Origin: a bacterium UBP8_UBA817
GTDB lineage: Bacteria; Margulisbacteria; Marinamargulisbacteria; SXXA01; SICP01
Assembly (NCBI GenBank): GCA_945888435.1
Contig: CAMCZW010000008.1
Span: 2,235 to 66,234, forward strand
Direction of reading: 5' to 3'
Length of the DNA stretch: 64,000 bases
Below, one piece after another: positions 43,101-52,759 of this stretch. Within the stretch, counting starts at the first letter, position 1, and each line of letters starts with the position of its first letter. A program made the translations under genes and the position numbers. The notes beneath the pieces are model-generated. The model was not told the DNA's origin and made no database searches. It saw nothing but the letters and a program-made list of their open reading frames with translations.

Positions 43101-46100
43101 GGCTCACAAATCTACTATAACGATGGAAACATTGGGATTGGAACATCCACACCAAGATCCAAATTAGAAGTACTAGGAACAATCTCTGCTAATGCCATCG
43201 TCCACTCCGGGACATTCACATTAAATGGTCGTCTAAGAACAACTGAGCTCCACCTGAGAGATACAGTCGCGCCTACACTTAAATACGGTAGAGTTATCGT
43301 TGACGATGATGAATTAATTTATATCGACCCAAGCGATCGAAGAAAAGTACTATCATCTCCACTTCAAAGAGACCGAAGCCTTACCAATTCAGGATATCTC
43401 GCTCACTGGTCAAGTGATTCAGATATAGGAGTCACCAATATTTTATGGGATCGCAGCAAAAAATCGCTTGATGTCTCAGGAAACATTGATTTAAGCAGTA
43501 CATTTTCAGAACCAAACGGAATCAAGATCAAGAGTAAATTATTAATGGGTGTCCCTTCAGGAATCAGCCTAACCACAACACTTAACCATAGTGGCGACTT
43601 AAGAAGAATTAAAGGTTATACAGGTGAAGACATAACCCTGAATATCAACCAAAACTGGGGCAACTCAACCGAAATCGTCACCATTAAAGGGATGAATTTA
43701 GAAATCACACAAGAAGATGCTAGTTTACTCCTTAACAGAGCCCGAGTCGTGGGATTACATGTCGATGTATCCAGCGTCAACGTTAATACCGCACAACGAG
43801 CATCCAAAGCAGCCGCTGTCTTTTTAGGTGGAAACGTTGGTATCGGATTAGAAAACCCGAGAGAAGCCCTTGAAGTTAATGGAACAGTCTCTGCGAACTA
43901 CTTCAACCTAACGGGTGGATTATTTGTTCCAGAATTATCCGTCAACACAAACGCTCTCGTTGCCTATCGAGATTCACTATCATTACTACCAAGAGTGGGA
44001 ATTGGACTCACAAATCCTTCAACCGAACTTGAAGTAAGAGGAACCACATCAACTAACATCATGACAATCACCGGCGGATTAACAGCCACCACGCTCAACG
44101 TTAACAGCGGAACCCTATTCGTAAATAGCGCTGGCCAAATCGGGATCGGAACCACCCTACCCAATGGGCAAATCGAAATTAAAAAAACATTACTATCAAC
44201 CACAGCAGATCCATTTATTGGTGAGAAAATAAACATTGTCATCGATGGCGCAGGGACGGACCAAACGTTTTCATTTAATCAAAATTTATCTGGGTTAAAA
44301 ATTAACTTTGCAAGTAATACAGGCAGCCAAATTGGAAGTGGCAAAAAAGCCATTGGTACTGACATTAATGCAACAAGAATGACCGTCGTAACCCAAAATA
44401 CATTAATTGGGCTTAATGTTGATGTAACAGGCACTGGCGGAAAACGATATGCAGGATTATTTTTAGGCGGAAAAGTGGGGATTGGAGTCACTCAGCCTCT
44501 CGCAGAATTACATGTCAGCGGAAGCATTTTAGCCGATAACCTATTCTTAAATGGAACTTTAGAATCCGAAAGAGCCACCTTTAATAGATTGACCGTCAAC
44601 ACGCTCGCACGCTTCAACGGATCCGTCACAATCAACCAATTAGAAGTACTGGGAACACTCACCGCAAATACATTTGTACTTGAAACAGCCCTTGAAGCCC
44701 AAAATGCAAATTTTGCAACAATTAATGCAAAATCAGCATCAATCAACACCCTTACCAAAACTCGGGATTTAACTATCAGAAGAAAACTAACTGCCCCTCA
44801 AGGAATATTTTCAGGCGGAGTCGGAATTGGAACCCCCGCACCAAGTAGCGGATTAAGTGTTAACGGCCCCCTACTCGCAACCAACATTGCAGCCTCCGAA
44901 ACTCTAAGTCTTACATCCGGCACAATGAATATCCTTGCGGGGACTCTATACGCCATCAATGGAAAAGTAGGGATTGGAACCACTCAACCACAAAACCTAC
45001 TTCACATTAAAACATCACGTGCTACAGAGTTTGATCCAACAGATACTCAAACATGGAATGCAATGAGAATTCAAAATGCAAACGACACTCTTAATACAGC
45101 CGCAAGTCTTTTATTTTTAGTCGATACCAATAGCCCCTCAATTAATATCGGGTCCGCCATTGGTGCGTTGCGTAGCACAGCTTCAAGGGGTGAACACGGA
45201 TCATCCCTATACTTCGCAACTGACCCCGCAACGGATGTCCCCACCATTAGAATGTTCATTTCATCAGAAGGGAATGTCGGGATTGGAACAACGACTCCAA
45301 CATCCATGCTTCATGTCAACGGAAGTTTAAAAGTAGACAATGTGGCGACTCTAAACACTTTAGCAACATCTCTCATTAGATCATCCGGAGAATTGGTCTT
45401 TAGACCATCTGACACCATCATCGTTGAAGGGTATGTCAGTACCAACCAAGTCATTCAAGTTAATAATGGATTAAGCTTCAAACACGCAACAACTATCCCA
45501 ACCCAAAGGACAGGGTATGGAACCCTTTACGTCGATGGAAGAAGTAACGATTTATTCTTCTTAAAACCAAGCGGAGCTTCAGTCAACATTACCCGAGGCT
45601 TTACGGGTAAAGCCTATAGAATCCCATTCTTCAACTCTCAAGGTCAACTTGACGATGACACAGAGCTATACTGGAATAACGCCACAAAAACATTCAGAAT
45701 CGGTACAGCCAATGTAGTAGCAATCGTTGAACACCGAGTAACAGTTGATAATCTAATCAATCAAAGTCTTGCCGCAGAAAAAATCACAATGGACTTTGGA
45801 GATCGAACCACTGCCAGCTCAGCGATATTTAGAGGGCTCCAAATTAATCTCACAGGACAAACACCCTCAGATCCAGATAATTTTGGAAGACTCGCTCAAA
45901 ATGAAACAGCCATCGGACTAGATATCGATCTATCGACACTAAGATCTGAAAGAAGCACTTCCCAATCACTTGGTGGGGTTGTTTTACAAGGATTTAAATA
46001 CGCAGCCCTATTTAGAGGTGGAAGCGTCGGAGTAGGCACTGCAACTCCAATAGCAGGCCTCCATGTAGTCAGCGAAACTGCCGGAAAAGCAGCCTTTAGA

Positions 46101-49100
46101 GTCGATACTACTCGAAAAGATTCTGTAGTTATGACCAATGCATTAGTCGTGAGTTCCAACAGCTTAGTCGGTATCGGAATAGCAGATCCAACCGCTAAAC
46201 TTCATATCAAAGCCAATGATGATCCATTTATTAATGACGCTGACGAAGCGGTTTTCAAAGCAACAAAAACAGATGGTAGTCCACTATTCATCGTTAAAAA
46301 TAATGGAAGAGTCGGAATCGGAACAACATCTCCTGTATCAGCACTCACTGTTTCAGGAAACTTGTTTGCGACCACAGCATCCTTTAATGAAATCACCGCG
46401 ACCACTCTCAACGTCTCCAACGGTGGTTTATTTGTAAACGCAGCAGGAGAAGTCGGATTTGGAACAACTCAACCTCAAGGAAATCTCAGCTTCTCAAAAA
46501 CGATTAATGCCGCCAATATTCCGGCAGCAGGCTTTATCTCTCAAAAAATGTTACTTAACCTCAACGGAGGAACTGACTCGTTAACATTTAACCTTAACCG
46601 AGATATTACCGGCATGGATATCGCTATCCAATCCGCTGCAGCCAGTCAATTAGGCTCAGGAAGCACAGCCCGAGGGCTTTCAATCGATCTAAGGCAAGTC
46701 GCTCTAGACACCAGTAGTAAGATTGTCGGGTTAGACATCGATGTCACAGGCGCAACAGGAACAAGATACGCCGCAATTTTGAATGGGGGACGCGTCGGTA
46801 TCGGGGTAACAAACCCAACCACCACATTAGACGTCTCTGGAGATATTAAAGCAACCGATCTTGATTTAACTGGTCGATTAACCGCAGGTCAAATTACTGC
46901 AAATCAGTTAGTCGTTCTCCAAACATCTATATTTAATGGATCCATTACAGCCAATAATTTAGTCGCCACCACCATTTCTGCAAATAACATCACATTAAGT
47001 GGCTTGTTTAGAATTTCAACCGCATCCATTACAACGCTTAATGCCAATATCGCAACGTTCAATAAATTAGGGATACGAGTCAGCTCCCCACGACAACCAT
47101 TAGATGTCTCTGGAAATGCCATCATCTCAGGCGGATTATTAGGGGTAGGCGTCACTAACCCAACCGCACTCCTTCATATCGGGACATCAACATCAGCAAG
47201 CCCACTCAGAGTCCAAATTAACAATGGCTTCTCAAACCCATACGCACTAGTAGTCAGTGGAAACGGACGTATCGGGATCAGCACTTCAAACCCAGTCGCA
47301 AAATTAAGTATTTCTAAAGTACTAGGAGATACCGATGATTTATTGTTAATCGAAAAATCAGACGCAACCCCTCTGATGAAAATTACCAATGCAGGTCTCG
47401 CAGGGATTGGGACCGCAGTTCCAGTAGCTCAGTTACATATCAAGTCAACCGCAAGCGTATCGCCATTAAGAATTGATGGATCAACATCAAATCCCCTACT
47501 TCATATCGGGCCTACAGGGAACGTCGGGGTAGGAATTAGTAATCCAGCAGCAACGCTCCATGTTAGCGGGAATATCCCTCTGATTGTTGGAAACGCCACC
47601 AACCCATATTCACTCTATGTTGGAGACACCGGACGTGTCGGGGTTGGAACGTCAGCATTAACCTACCGATTCAATGTCAACGGCAAAATGTTAATGGGAT
47701 CATTAGGATCAATCACATTACCAAGTTGGATTGAGTCTAATAACAATATTGGATTAATTTCAGCAAAAGGAGCTGATTTTTCAATCCTAGGTCTAGAAAG
47801 ACGAAGTGGAGGCACCACTGACTATGACTCCGTAATTCAGTGGGGATCAAGTTCAGATGACAGCCTTTTATTTAAAAACAATGCAAATCAAACTATCATG
47901 CAACTCATTGGAAGCGGAAAACTAGGGATTAATGCCACTCCAACCGCAGCACTTCATGTCAGTGGTAATACACCTCTTATCATTCAAAGTGCAAGCCGAC
48001 CATTTGCATTAATCGTCTCAAGCAACGGATTTGTAGGGATTAATACCAATCGTCCTCTAGTTGCCCTCGATGTTAACGGAACCATTCGTGCAAAAGGATT
48101 TAGTGTCACTCATGAAAGTCTGAACGCATCAACCGTCAATATTACAAAACAAATGTCACTTCTAAGAACCGTCACAACTAACATCGCAGTTACAATGCAA
48201 AATATTAGATTAAATCTTGAAAATGATATTAACAATGAAGTAGTAGGCCTAGATATCGTCCTCGACTCTCTGCCAAACGCAGCCCTCGGTGGCGCACGGG
48301 ATTACTCATTATTTAATACCAATGCCTATGGACTTAAAGTCGACATGACGGGGCTTCTAACCACAGACCCCACATTAGGTGGAAGTTCAAATGGCAAAAA
48401 ATACGCAGCCGCTTTCTTAGGTGGCGCAGTGGGGATTGGATTAACTAACCCAGATACCACTCTACAAGTCGTAGGTCCTGCCGGCGGCAATATTGCAAAA
48501 TTTGGAAGTATAGCAGCAGACTTAACAATTAAAGACGAGAATAACGGTACCATCCTTATGTCAATAAGAAATCTAATTAGCCGTGATACGGAAGCGCAAA
48601 AAACACTCTATCTTTCTGGAGATAAAGTAGGGATTGGAGTCGATCCACAAACCGATGAGGCTAGTGTTAAATTTGTAGTCAATGGAGATATTAGAGTTGG
48701 GATGAAAACCAGCGCATCAACCAGCAGTGGTAACCGAGTTTACTTCTCTGGCGGACCAGATTTGAGCCTTACCCAAGACAATGACAACAATAGCCCATTA
48801 TGGATTGGACGAAGCAACGTCAGAGCCAACCAATCTGAATTACTAGTCAATGCCGGTAACGGTGACGGGTTAGATCGATTTGTGGTTGGGTTTACAAAAA
48901 GTACAACATTCAGACCGGTCTTACAGGTTATCCCATCTGTAAATGCCGCGGGTACTCTATATAAAAGTAGAGTGGGTATCAGTGATGGATCTAGCACAAC
49001 ATTTAAACCATCTGCACAGCTCCATGTATTTGGATCAACAAGTGGCAGTGCAAGCAGTATTTCAAGCCACCTTGTCACGTTTGAGAACAACGGCGGTGAA

Positions 49101-49814
49101 GATGCCGATTCTCTCGTCATCTGGCATACCGGCTATGCAAATGCGTCCGCAGTTCCAACCGGATCTAACTTTATTACATTCGCCGACCAAACCCACATCT
49201 TAGGTGAAATCGAAGGCAGTGGAGATAACGGTATCCGATTCAAAACCAACGGTGCGGACTATGCAGAGTATCTTCCTAAAATTAATCCAACTGAAGTCAT
49301 TGCCAAAGGGGATATCGTCGGTGTTTATAACGGTAAAATCAGCCTAAAAACAAGCGGCGCATCTCAAGTACTCGTCAGAAGTTCGGCCGCAAGTATCGCA
49401 GGAAACTGGCCAGGTGAAGAAAAAGAAAAAGAATATGAACTTATCGCTTTCTTTGGACAAGTTAAAGTAAAGGTAACCGGCCCAATTAATGAAGGTGATT
49501 ATATTATCCCATCCAGTCAAAATGACGGAACTGGTATTGCAATCCCTAAAGAAGCGATTACCCCTAAGGACTTCTCAAATATCGTTGGTCAAGCATGGCA
49601 AACTAACCTTAGCAAAGAAACTAAATTAGTTTTAGCCGGTGTCGGATTCAACTTCACAATGCCAAAAATTGGAAGTTATCTTGAAAGAATAGATTCTCTA
49701 GAAATAAAAATGAAAGAGTTAGAAAATAAACAAATTCAAATTGAAACCAACTTCAAATCAGAATTTGAACGTCAATCAAAAGAAATCGATAAATTACTTA
49801 AAAAGTTAAACTAA
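40173..49814 (+). CDS. Giant secreted fibre-like repeat protein 2 (~3213-3225 aa), paralogue of protein 1
   Basis: The ORF begins at 40137, but the signal peptide MRKICLAFLTALLFTAGAHA|Q starts at 40173, which has GGAG upstream. It has the same repeat cores (for example RVGIGTSAPRSLLELS, NVGIGTTTPTSMLHVNGS) and the same C-terminal module as protein 1. Confidence 0.85.
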   Translation: MRKICLAFLTALLFTAGAHAQNTPAYITFQGSMSTATGGLVEGSKEINLAITEGKNGRKTYEKTGVTTLFVNGSCSVVLGPLTTTQLDIVSPHLQITLDGLSASFPIPASAYAIQARLADTVKAVDAGTITGTFTSTVNINSNLFVKTNVLTVVSRNVGIGTSAPAYPLDVVGEVNATGFKVNGRDIESVLSWQKNGSTLYYNTGRVGIASTNPTTLLDVAGTINAREYRLNGVELSKALANELAWKPAIRDGDIYFNDGKPNSSGRIVGSVGIGTSQPESRLDVRGEIRIGEAAFAPGLGTIQYVGDDFLGYTPDGWVSLIGLQGQGNANQITYWTDTDNIGGSDSLVWDYTNQKMGIGTSNPTAQLTVKSVSDNRAVLNVTDKNNKSLLYISSRNVGIGTTTSNVALKVKGTVDAENYFLNGVPIAAALRSSSLWNFQNDGRIFYSNGNVGIGTTEPRNLLELASSPSVNPIITFDIKDVNLFSMGIDSRTPSAFILSQGSDLSKPIFVFKENKIGVGLNNPSANLQVSGNGGILFTGEFGSNDQVQASGAGTRLMWIPSKAAFRAGHVVANQWDHANIGNHSVALGYNVTANGLASTVVGGYENWAKGDYSSVLGGFQNRAEGNYSFAAGYKALANQIGTFVWADYSPTAPVQTFSSTQRDQFLVRASNGVGINTNQTNQTSLTVARKIPSEYIFRAIGNTNAPNALVVTTSGNIGIGTSDPGTAKLAVISGRVGIGTTDPIAPLTISPNATDQYVFVAYREDGNPAMFIRRDGRIAIGHALNFTFPDDVTVAVAGSFGGPTFKKVDPRNPSASVIIGGNAGSPWLVPSENNNNTFFNRGRVGIGTSAPRSLLELSNANGIAPVMTFNVDNSTFYSMGVTKNKFTIQPTRGLNASSPLFTLDGNGIGIGIGYKTPSASLHVAGSSILSGNIAVGTSNVSSIFNINVGGRLNTQQLFIDGVEYNPVPSKWLTGAGSQIYYNDGNIGIGTSTPRSKLEVLGTISANAIVHSGTFTLNGRLRTTELHLRDTVAPTLKYGRVIVDDDELIYIDPSDRRKVLSSPLQRDRSLTNSGYLAHWSSDSDIGVTNILWDRSKKSLDVSGNIDLSSTFSEPNGIKIKSKLLMGVPSGISLTTTLNHSGDLRRIKGYTGEDITLNINQNWGNSTEIVTIKGMNLEITQEDASLLLNRARVVGLHVDVSSVNVNTAQRASKAAAVFLGGNVGIGLENPREALEVNGTVSANYFNLTGGLFVPELSVNTNALVAYRDSLSLLPRVGIGLTNPSTELEVRGTTSTNIMTITGGLTATTLNVNSGTLFVNSAGQIGIGTTLPNGQIEIKKTLLSTTADPFIGEKINIVIDGAGTDQTFSFNQNLSGLKINFASNTGSQIGSGKKAIGTDINATRMTVVTQNTLIGLNVDVTGTGGKRYAGLFLGGKVGIGVTQPLAELHVSGSILADNLFLNGTLESERATFNRLTVNTLARFNGSVTINQLEVLGTLTANTFVLETALEAQNANFATINAKSASINTLTKTRDLTIRRKLTAPQGIFSGGVGIGTPAPSSGLSVNGPLLATNIAASETLSLTSGTMNILAGTLYAINGKVGIGTTQPQNLLHIKTSRATEFDPTDTQTWNAMRIQNANDTLNTAASLLFLVDTNSPSINIGSAIGALRSTASRGEHGSSLYFATDPATDVPTIRMFISSEGNVGIGTTTPTSMLHVNGSLKVDNVATLNTLATSLIRSSGELVFRPSDTIIVEGYVSTNQVIQVNNGLSFKHATTIPTQRTGYGTLYVDGRSNDLFFLKPSGASVNITRGFTGKAYRIPFFNSQGQLDDDTELYWNNATKTFRIGTANVVAIVEHRVTVDNLINQSLAAEKITMDFGDRTTASSAIFRGLQINLTGQTPSDPDNFGRLAQNETAIGLDIDLSTLRSERSTSQSLGGVVLQGFKYAALFRGGSVGVGTATPIAGLHVVSETAGKAAFRVDTTRKDSVVMTNALVVSSNSLVGIGIADPTAKLHIKANDDPFINDADEAVFKATKTDGSPLFIVKNNGRVGIGTTSPVSALTVSGNLFATTASFNEITATTLNVSNGGLFVNAAGEVGFGTTQPQGNLSFSKTINAANIPAAGFISQKMLLNLNGGTDSLTFNLNRDITGMDIAIQSAAASQLGSGSTARGLSIDLRQVALDTSSKIVGLDIDVTGATGTRYAAILNGGRVGIGVTNPTTTLDVSGDIKATDLDLTGRLTAGQITANQLVVLQTSIFNGSITANNLVATTISANNITLSGLFRISTASITTLNANIATFNKLGIRVSSPRQPLDVSGNAIISGGLLGVGVTNPTALLHIGTSTSASPLRVQINNGFSNPYALVVSGNGRIGISTSNPVAKLSISKVLGDTDDLLLIEKSDATPLMKITNAGLAGIGTAVPVAQLHIKSTASVSPLRIDGSTSNPLLHIGPTGNVGVGISNPAATLHVSGNIPLIVGNATNPYSLYVGDTGRVGVGTSALTYRFNVNGKMLMGSLGSITLPSWIESNNNIGLISAKGADFSILGLERRSGGTTDYDSVIQWGSSSDDSLLFKNNANQTIMQLIGSGKLGINATPTAALHVSGNTPLIIQSASRPFALIVSSNGFVGINTNRPLVALDVNGTIRAKGFSVTHESLNASTVNITKQMSLLRTVTTNIAVTMQNIRLNLENDINNEVVGLDIVLDSLPNAALGGARDYSLFNTNAYGLKVDMTGLLTTDPTLGGSSNGKKYAAAFLGGAVGIGLTNPDTTLQVVGPAGGNIAKFGSIAADLTIKDENNGTILMSIRNLISRDTEAQKTLYLSGDKVGIGVDPQTDEASVKFVVNGDIRVGMKTSASTSSGNRVYFSGGPDLSLTQDNDNNSPLWIGRSNVRANQSELLVNAGNGDGLDRFVVGFTKSTTFRPVLQVIPSVNAAGTLYKSRVGISDGSSTTFKPSAQLHVFGSTSGSASSISSHLVTFENNGGEDADSLVIWHTGYANASAVPTGSNFITFADQTHILGEIEGSGDNGIRFKTNGADYAEYLPKINPTEVIAKGDIVGVYNGKISLKTSGASQVLVRSSAASIAGNWPGEEKEKEYELIAFFGQVKVKVTGPINEGDYIIPSSQNDGTGIAIPKEAITPKDFSNIVGQAWQTNLSKETKLVLAGVGFNFTMPKIGSYLERIDSLEIKMKELENKQIQIETNFKSEFERQSKEIDKLLKKLN

Positions 49815-49818
49815 GTCA

Positions 49819-50319
49819 TTGCAAGCATCACGAATATTGACCATCGTTAGCTTACTCGATCGATTAAATGAAACACTACTCCAGTCCAAAAAAATAGAGG
49901 ACTGGTTATGGGAATGGGTTAAGATTGAAGGCTTTAAAATCACAGGTCAATGTCAGCATACTGGCCGCTGCTGTAAAAAGATCATGATCTATACTCAAAA
50001 TAGGGCCATCCAAACACAAAAAGAATTTATCCAATTTCAAGAAAATAAAAATCCCCTGCCCTTCATTCCCAATTACAATCAAAAAAACTCAGAAAAAATC
50101 GACTCATTTGACTGTCAAAATCTTAGCCAATACAATACCTGCAAAGATTATCAAAATCGTCCCTTAGCCTGCAAAAATTACCCTCAAAGCAATATTTTAT
50201 CCGAAACACCTCTCTACGAAGGCTGTGGCTACCGCATCCAAAGTAGCTCTCCACCCAAATGGGCACATCCCAAGTTAATTCAAAAAATCAAAGTGCTACA
50301 AAAAAAACTAGAACTTTGA
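49819..50319 (+). CDS. Cys-rich protein, putative Zn/Fe-chelating CxxCxxCC (YkgJ-like) domain
   Basis: 166 aa with a CQHTGRCC cluster plus further Cys (CQN..C..C..C). It starts 5 nt after giant gene 2. Confidence 0.35.
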   Translation: MQASRILTIVSLLDRLNETLLQSKKIEDWLWEWVKIEGFKITGQCQHTGRCCKKIMIYTQNRAIQTQKEFIQFQENKNPLPFIPNYNQKNSEKIDSFDCQNLSQYNTCKDYQNRPLACKNYPQSNILSETPLYEGCGYRIQSSSPPKWAHPKLIQKIKVLQKKLEL

Positions 50320-50410
50320 CACAAAATCCTGCTATCATACTAGGTTCGGAGACTGCCTATAACAGGCACTTTTTGTAAGACTATTTCAAAAAAAGTCGGA
50401 GGCTAACCTA

Positions 50411-50866
50411 ATGTATGTTAATCGCGCGGTAGAGCTCAATTCGGACAATATGCATCGATTTCAATGCTTTATTGTATTTGATCCCGCATCATCACGAATC
50501 AATGAAACAGATGTCTTAGTACGAGGCTCAAAGATTTTAGAAATGTACGAAAAAGTGGCATCTGGAATTGAAGATAATCAATCAATCAAAGCCCTCACCC
50601 TCAGAAACAGACTCTCCAAAATTGGCCAAATGCTCGATTTACTCGTCACTCATGATAACCTCATTGTGACAAAGTTTTTTGACAGAATCTGGAGAAGATA
50701 CTCATATGTCAGCAATATTAGTGAATTATTTTTAGACTACCCAACATTCATTAAATTTTTCCCAGAATACGAAAAAGAAAACTTGCTCGCCCAACGTATC
50801 GATGGAAGCGAAGATGATGAAGATTGTGAAACAGTCGCTGATGGGGCTCCAATAGCCGAAGAATAA
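50411..50866 (+). CDS. Hypothetical protein with acidic C-terminus
   Basis: 151-aa ORF with GGAGG upstream. No recognisable family. Confidence 0.3.
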   Translation: MYVNRAVELNSDNMHRFQCFIVFDPASSRINETDVLVRGSKILEMYEKVASGIEDNQSIKALTLRNRLSKIGQMLDLLVTHDNLIVTKFFDRIWRRYSYVSNISELFLDYPTFIKFFPEYEKENLLAQRIDGSEDDEDCETVADGAPIAEE

Positions 50867-50874
50867 ACAATTAT

Positions 50875-51969
50875 ATGGGACTCGCTGTTGGAATCGTTGG
50901 ACTGCCAAATGTAGGGAAATCAACCCTATTTAATGCCATTACAAATGCAGGGATTGCCGCAGAAAACTACCCATTTTGCACTATCGATCCTAATTCAGGA
51001 ATAGTTGAAGTACCCGATCACCGGCTTCAAGTCCTATCTGATATCTCCAAGTCCGAAAAACTAATTCCGGCCACCATCGAATTCACCGATATCGCCGGGT
51101 TAGTCAAAGGGGCATCTAAAGGTGAAGGTCTAGGAAATCAATTTCTAAGCCATATCCGAGAATGTAATGCCATTGCACATATCGTACGATGCTTTGATGA
51201 TCCCAATATTATTCACGTGGAAGGACGCATCAACCCACTTGAAGATATCGAGATTATCAATGTGGAGCTCATTTTATCTGACCTGCAAAGTATCGATAAG
51301 GCCATAGACACCCAACGAAAAAAGGCCAAAGGCACCAACAAAGAAGAAATCGACAAATTAGCCTTATTTGAAAAGATAAAAACTCACCTATCCTATTCAA
51401 AACCAGTAAGACAATTGGAACTAACGCCTGCAGAAAATGAACTTCTTAAAAGCAACCCCTTAATTACCAACAAAAAAGTCATTTATGTCGCAAACGTATC
51501 AGAATCAGAAGTTACAACTGGTAACAATTACAGCAAAATCGTCGAAGAGTTCGCCAGATCTGAGGGCGATGAATTCACGCTCATCAGCGCAAAAATAGAA
51601 GAAGAAATCGCCGGTCTCTCCAAAGAAGACCAACCAATGTTTTTACAAGAAATTGGACTTACTGAATCGGGCCTCAATAAATTAGCAAAGAGCTGCTACT
51701 TTCTATTAGGGCTACAAACATATCTCACCACCGGTCAAAAAGAGACCCGAGCATGGACCATTCCAGTAGGATTCAAAGCCCCCCAAGCCGCAGGCGCCAT
51801 CCATACTGATTTTGAAAAAGGATTTATCCGCGCCAACATCATCTCATTTGAAGAGTATGTCAGCCATAATGGATTAAAAAACGCAAAAGAAAAGGGTGCC
51901 CTACGACAAGAAGGCAAAGACTACATAATGAAAGACGGCGATGTAGTCGAATTTTTATTTAATGTTTAG
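50875..51969 (+). CDS. ychF: Ribosome-binding ATPase YchF (Obg family)
   Basis: 364 aa with the G1 motif GIVGLPNVGKST, YchF-specific coiled-coil and TGS domains. Confidence 0.95.
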   Translation: MGLAVGIVGLPNVGKSTLFNAITNAGIAAENYPFCTIDPNSGIVEVPDHRLQVLSDISKSEKLIPATIEFTDIAGLVKGASKGEGLGNQFLSHIRECNAIAHIVRCFDDPNIIHVEGRINPLEDIEIINVELILSDLQSIDKAIDTQRKKAKGTNKEEIDKLALFEKIKTHLSYSKPVRQLELTPAENELLKSNPLITNKKVIYVANVSESEVTTGNNYSKIVEEFARSEGDEFTLISAKIEEEIAGLSKEDQPMFLQEIGLTESGLNKLAKSCYFLLGLQTYLTTGQKETRAWTIPVGFKAPQAAGAIHTDFEKGFIRANIISFEEYVSHNGLKNAKEKGALRQEGKDYIMKDGDVVEFLFNV

Positions 51970-52759
51970 ACCCCTCAAATTAATCATCTCTGGAATATAT
52001 ATCGGTATTGCAAGCTTACTTCCTGGAATAAGAAGTGGCATAATCACAACTAAACTAGGACTCTCTACTCATATTAATGAAGCACTAGGCTATGTCCTCA
52101 GAACCCCATTTAGAGCAAAAAAACATCTTCATATTCTTATTCCCATTGCTATAGGATTCATAATTGCCCTTAAAACGGGTTCTTCAACGCTAAATTATTG
52201 GCTAATCACCTATACCAACCCCACATTATGGTTATTTATTGGGTTAGTCGTAGCAAGCGTCCCAAGCCTGCTCAGAAAACACCGTCACATGAGAATGACA
52301 CCAGGACGATTTGTAGCCCTAATCATCCCGCTACTCATCATGATGGCACTCACCCTAATCAAAGCACCCGAACAATATGGAACCGTCCATAACACCCCGC
52401 TTCTCATGCTCGTAGCATCTGGAATAATCATCGCCTCAGCTATAGTCATCCCAGGAATGAGCGCAACCCCCCTTCTACTCTTGATGGGGACCTATTCAGA
52501 TCTAGTTGAATCAATGATCCATATTAATTTAAAAATCATCTTTATCGTTGGATTAGGCACCCTTATCGGGCTTCCAATTTTATCTAAACTCATTAATTAT
52601 TGGATTAAAAGCTATCCAGCCACAAGTTACTACGCCATAGTAGGCTTGGTATTAGGCTGTGTCTTTTCAATGTATCCAGGAATATCCTTCAGCTTCGAAG
52701 GGATCGTTCATATCCTACCCGTCTTTGCGGGCTACTCAATCGCCAGAAGACTTAGCTAG
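51962..52759 (+). CDS. Polytopic membrane protein, DUF368-like (possible polyprenyl-phosphate translocase family)
   Basis: 265 aa with ~7 TM helices. It has an N-terminal ..LLPGIRSGIITT.. motif and a second ..IPGMSATPLLLLMG.. motif. It overlaps ychF by 8 nt. Confidence 0.35.
   Translation: MFRPLKLIISGIYIGIASLLPGIRSGIITTKLGLSTHINEALGYVLRTPFRAKKHLHILIPIAIGFIIALKTGSSTLNYWLITYTNPTLWLFIGLVVASVPSLLRKHRHMRMTPGRFVALIIPLLIMMALTLIKAPEQYGTVHNTPLLMLVASGIIIASAIVIPGMSATPLLLLMGTYSDLVESMIHINLKIIFIVGLGTLIGLPILSKLINYWIKSYPATSYYAIVGLVLGCVFSMYPGISFSFEGIVHILPVFAGYSIARRLS

Noticed and set aside
30604-48553. About 30 minus-strand ORFs of 60-126 aa inside the giant genes, rich in VPIPT/GVPIP motifs
   Set aside because: They are reverse-complement shadows of the GIGT-encoding repeats (ggNatNggNacN becomes V-P-I-P-T) and lie entirely within long, well-supported plus-strand ORFs. 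They are not independent genes.
28833-49814. Interpretation of the giant VGIGT-repeat genes as a prophage tail-fibre region
   Set aside because: Both proteins carry classical Sec signal peptides. No capsid, terminase, portal, baseplate or lysis genes are anywhere in the flanking 20 kb. The genes sit in an operon with an OMP and a T9SS-CTD protein, so a cellular surface structure is more likely.
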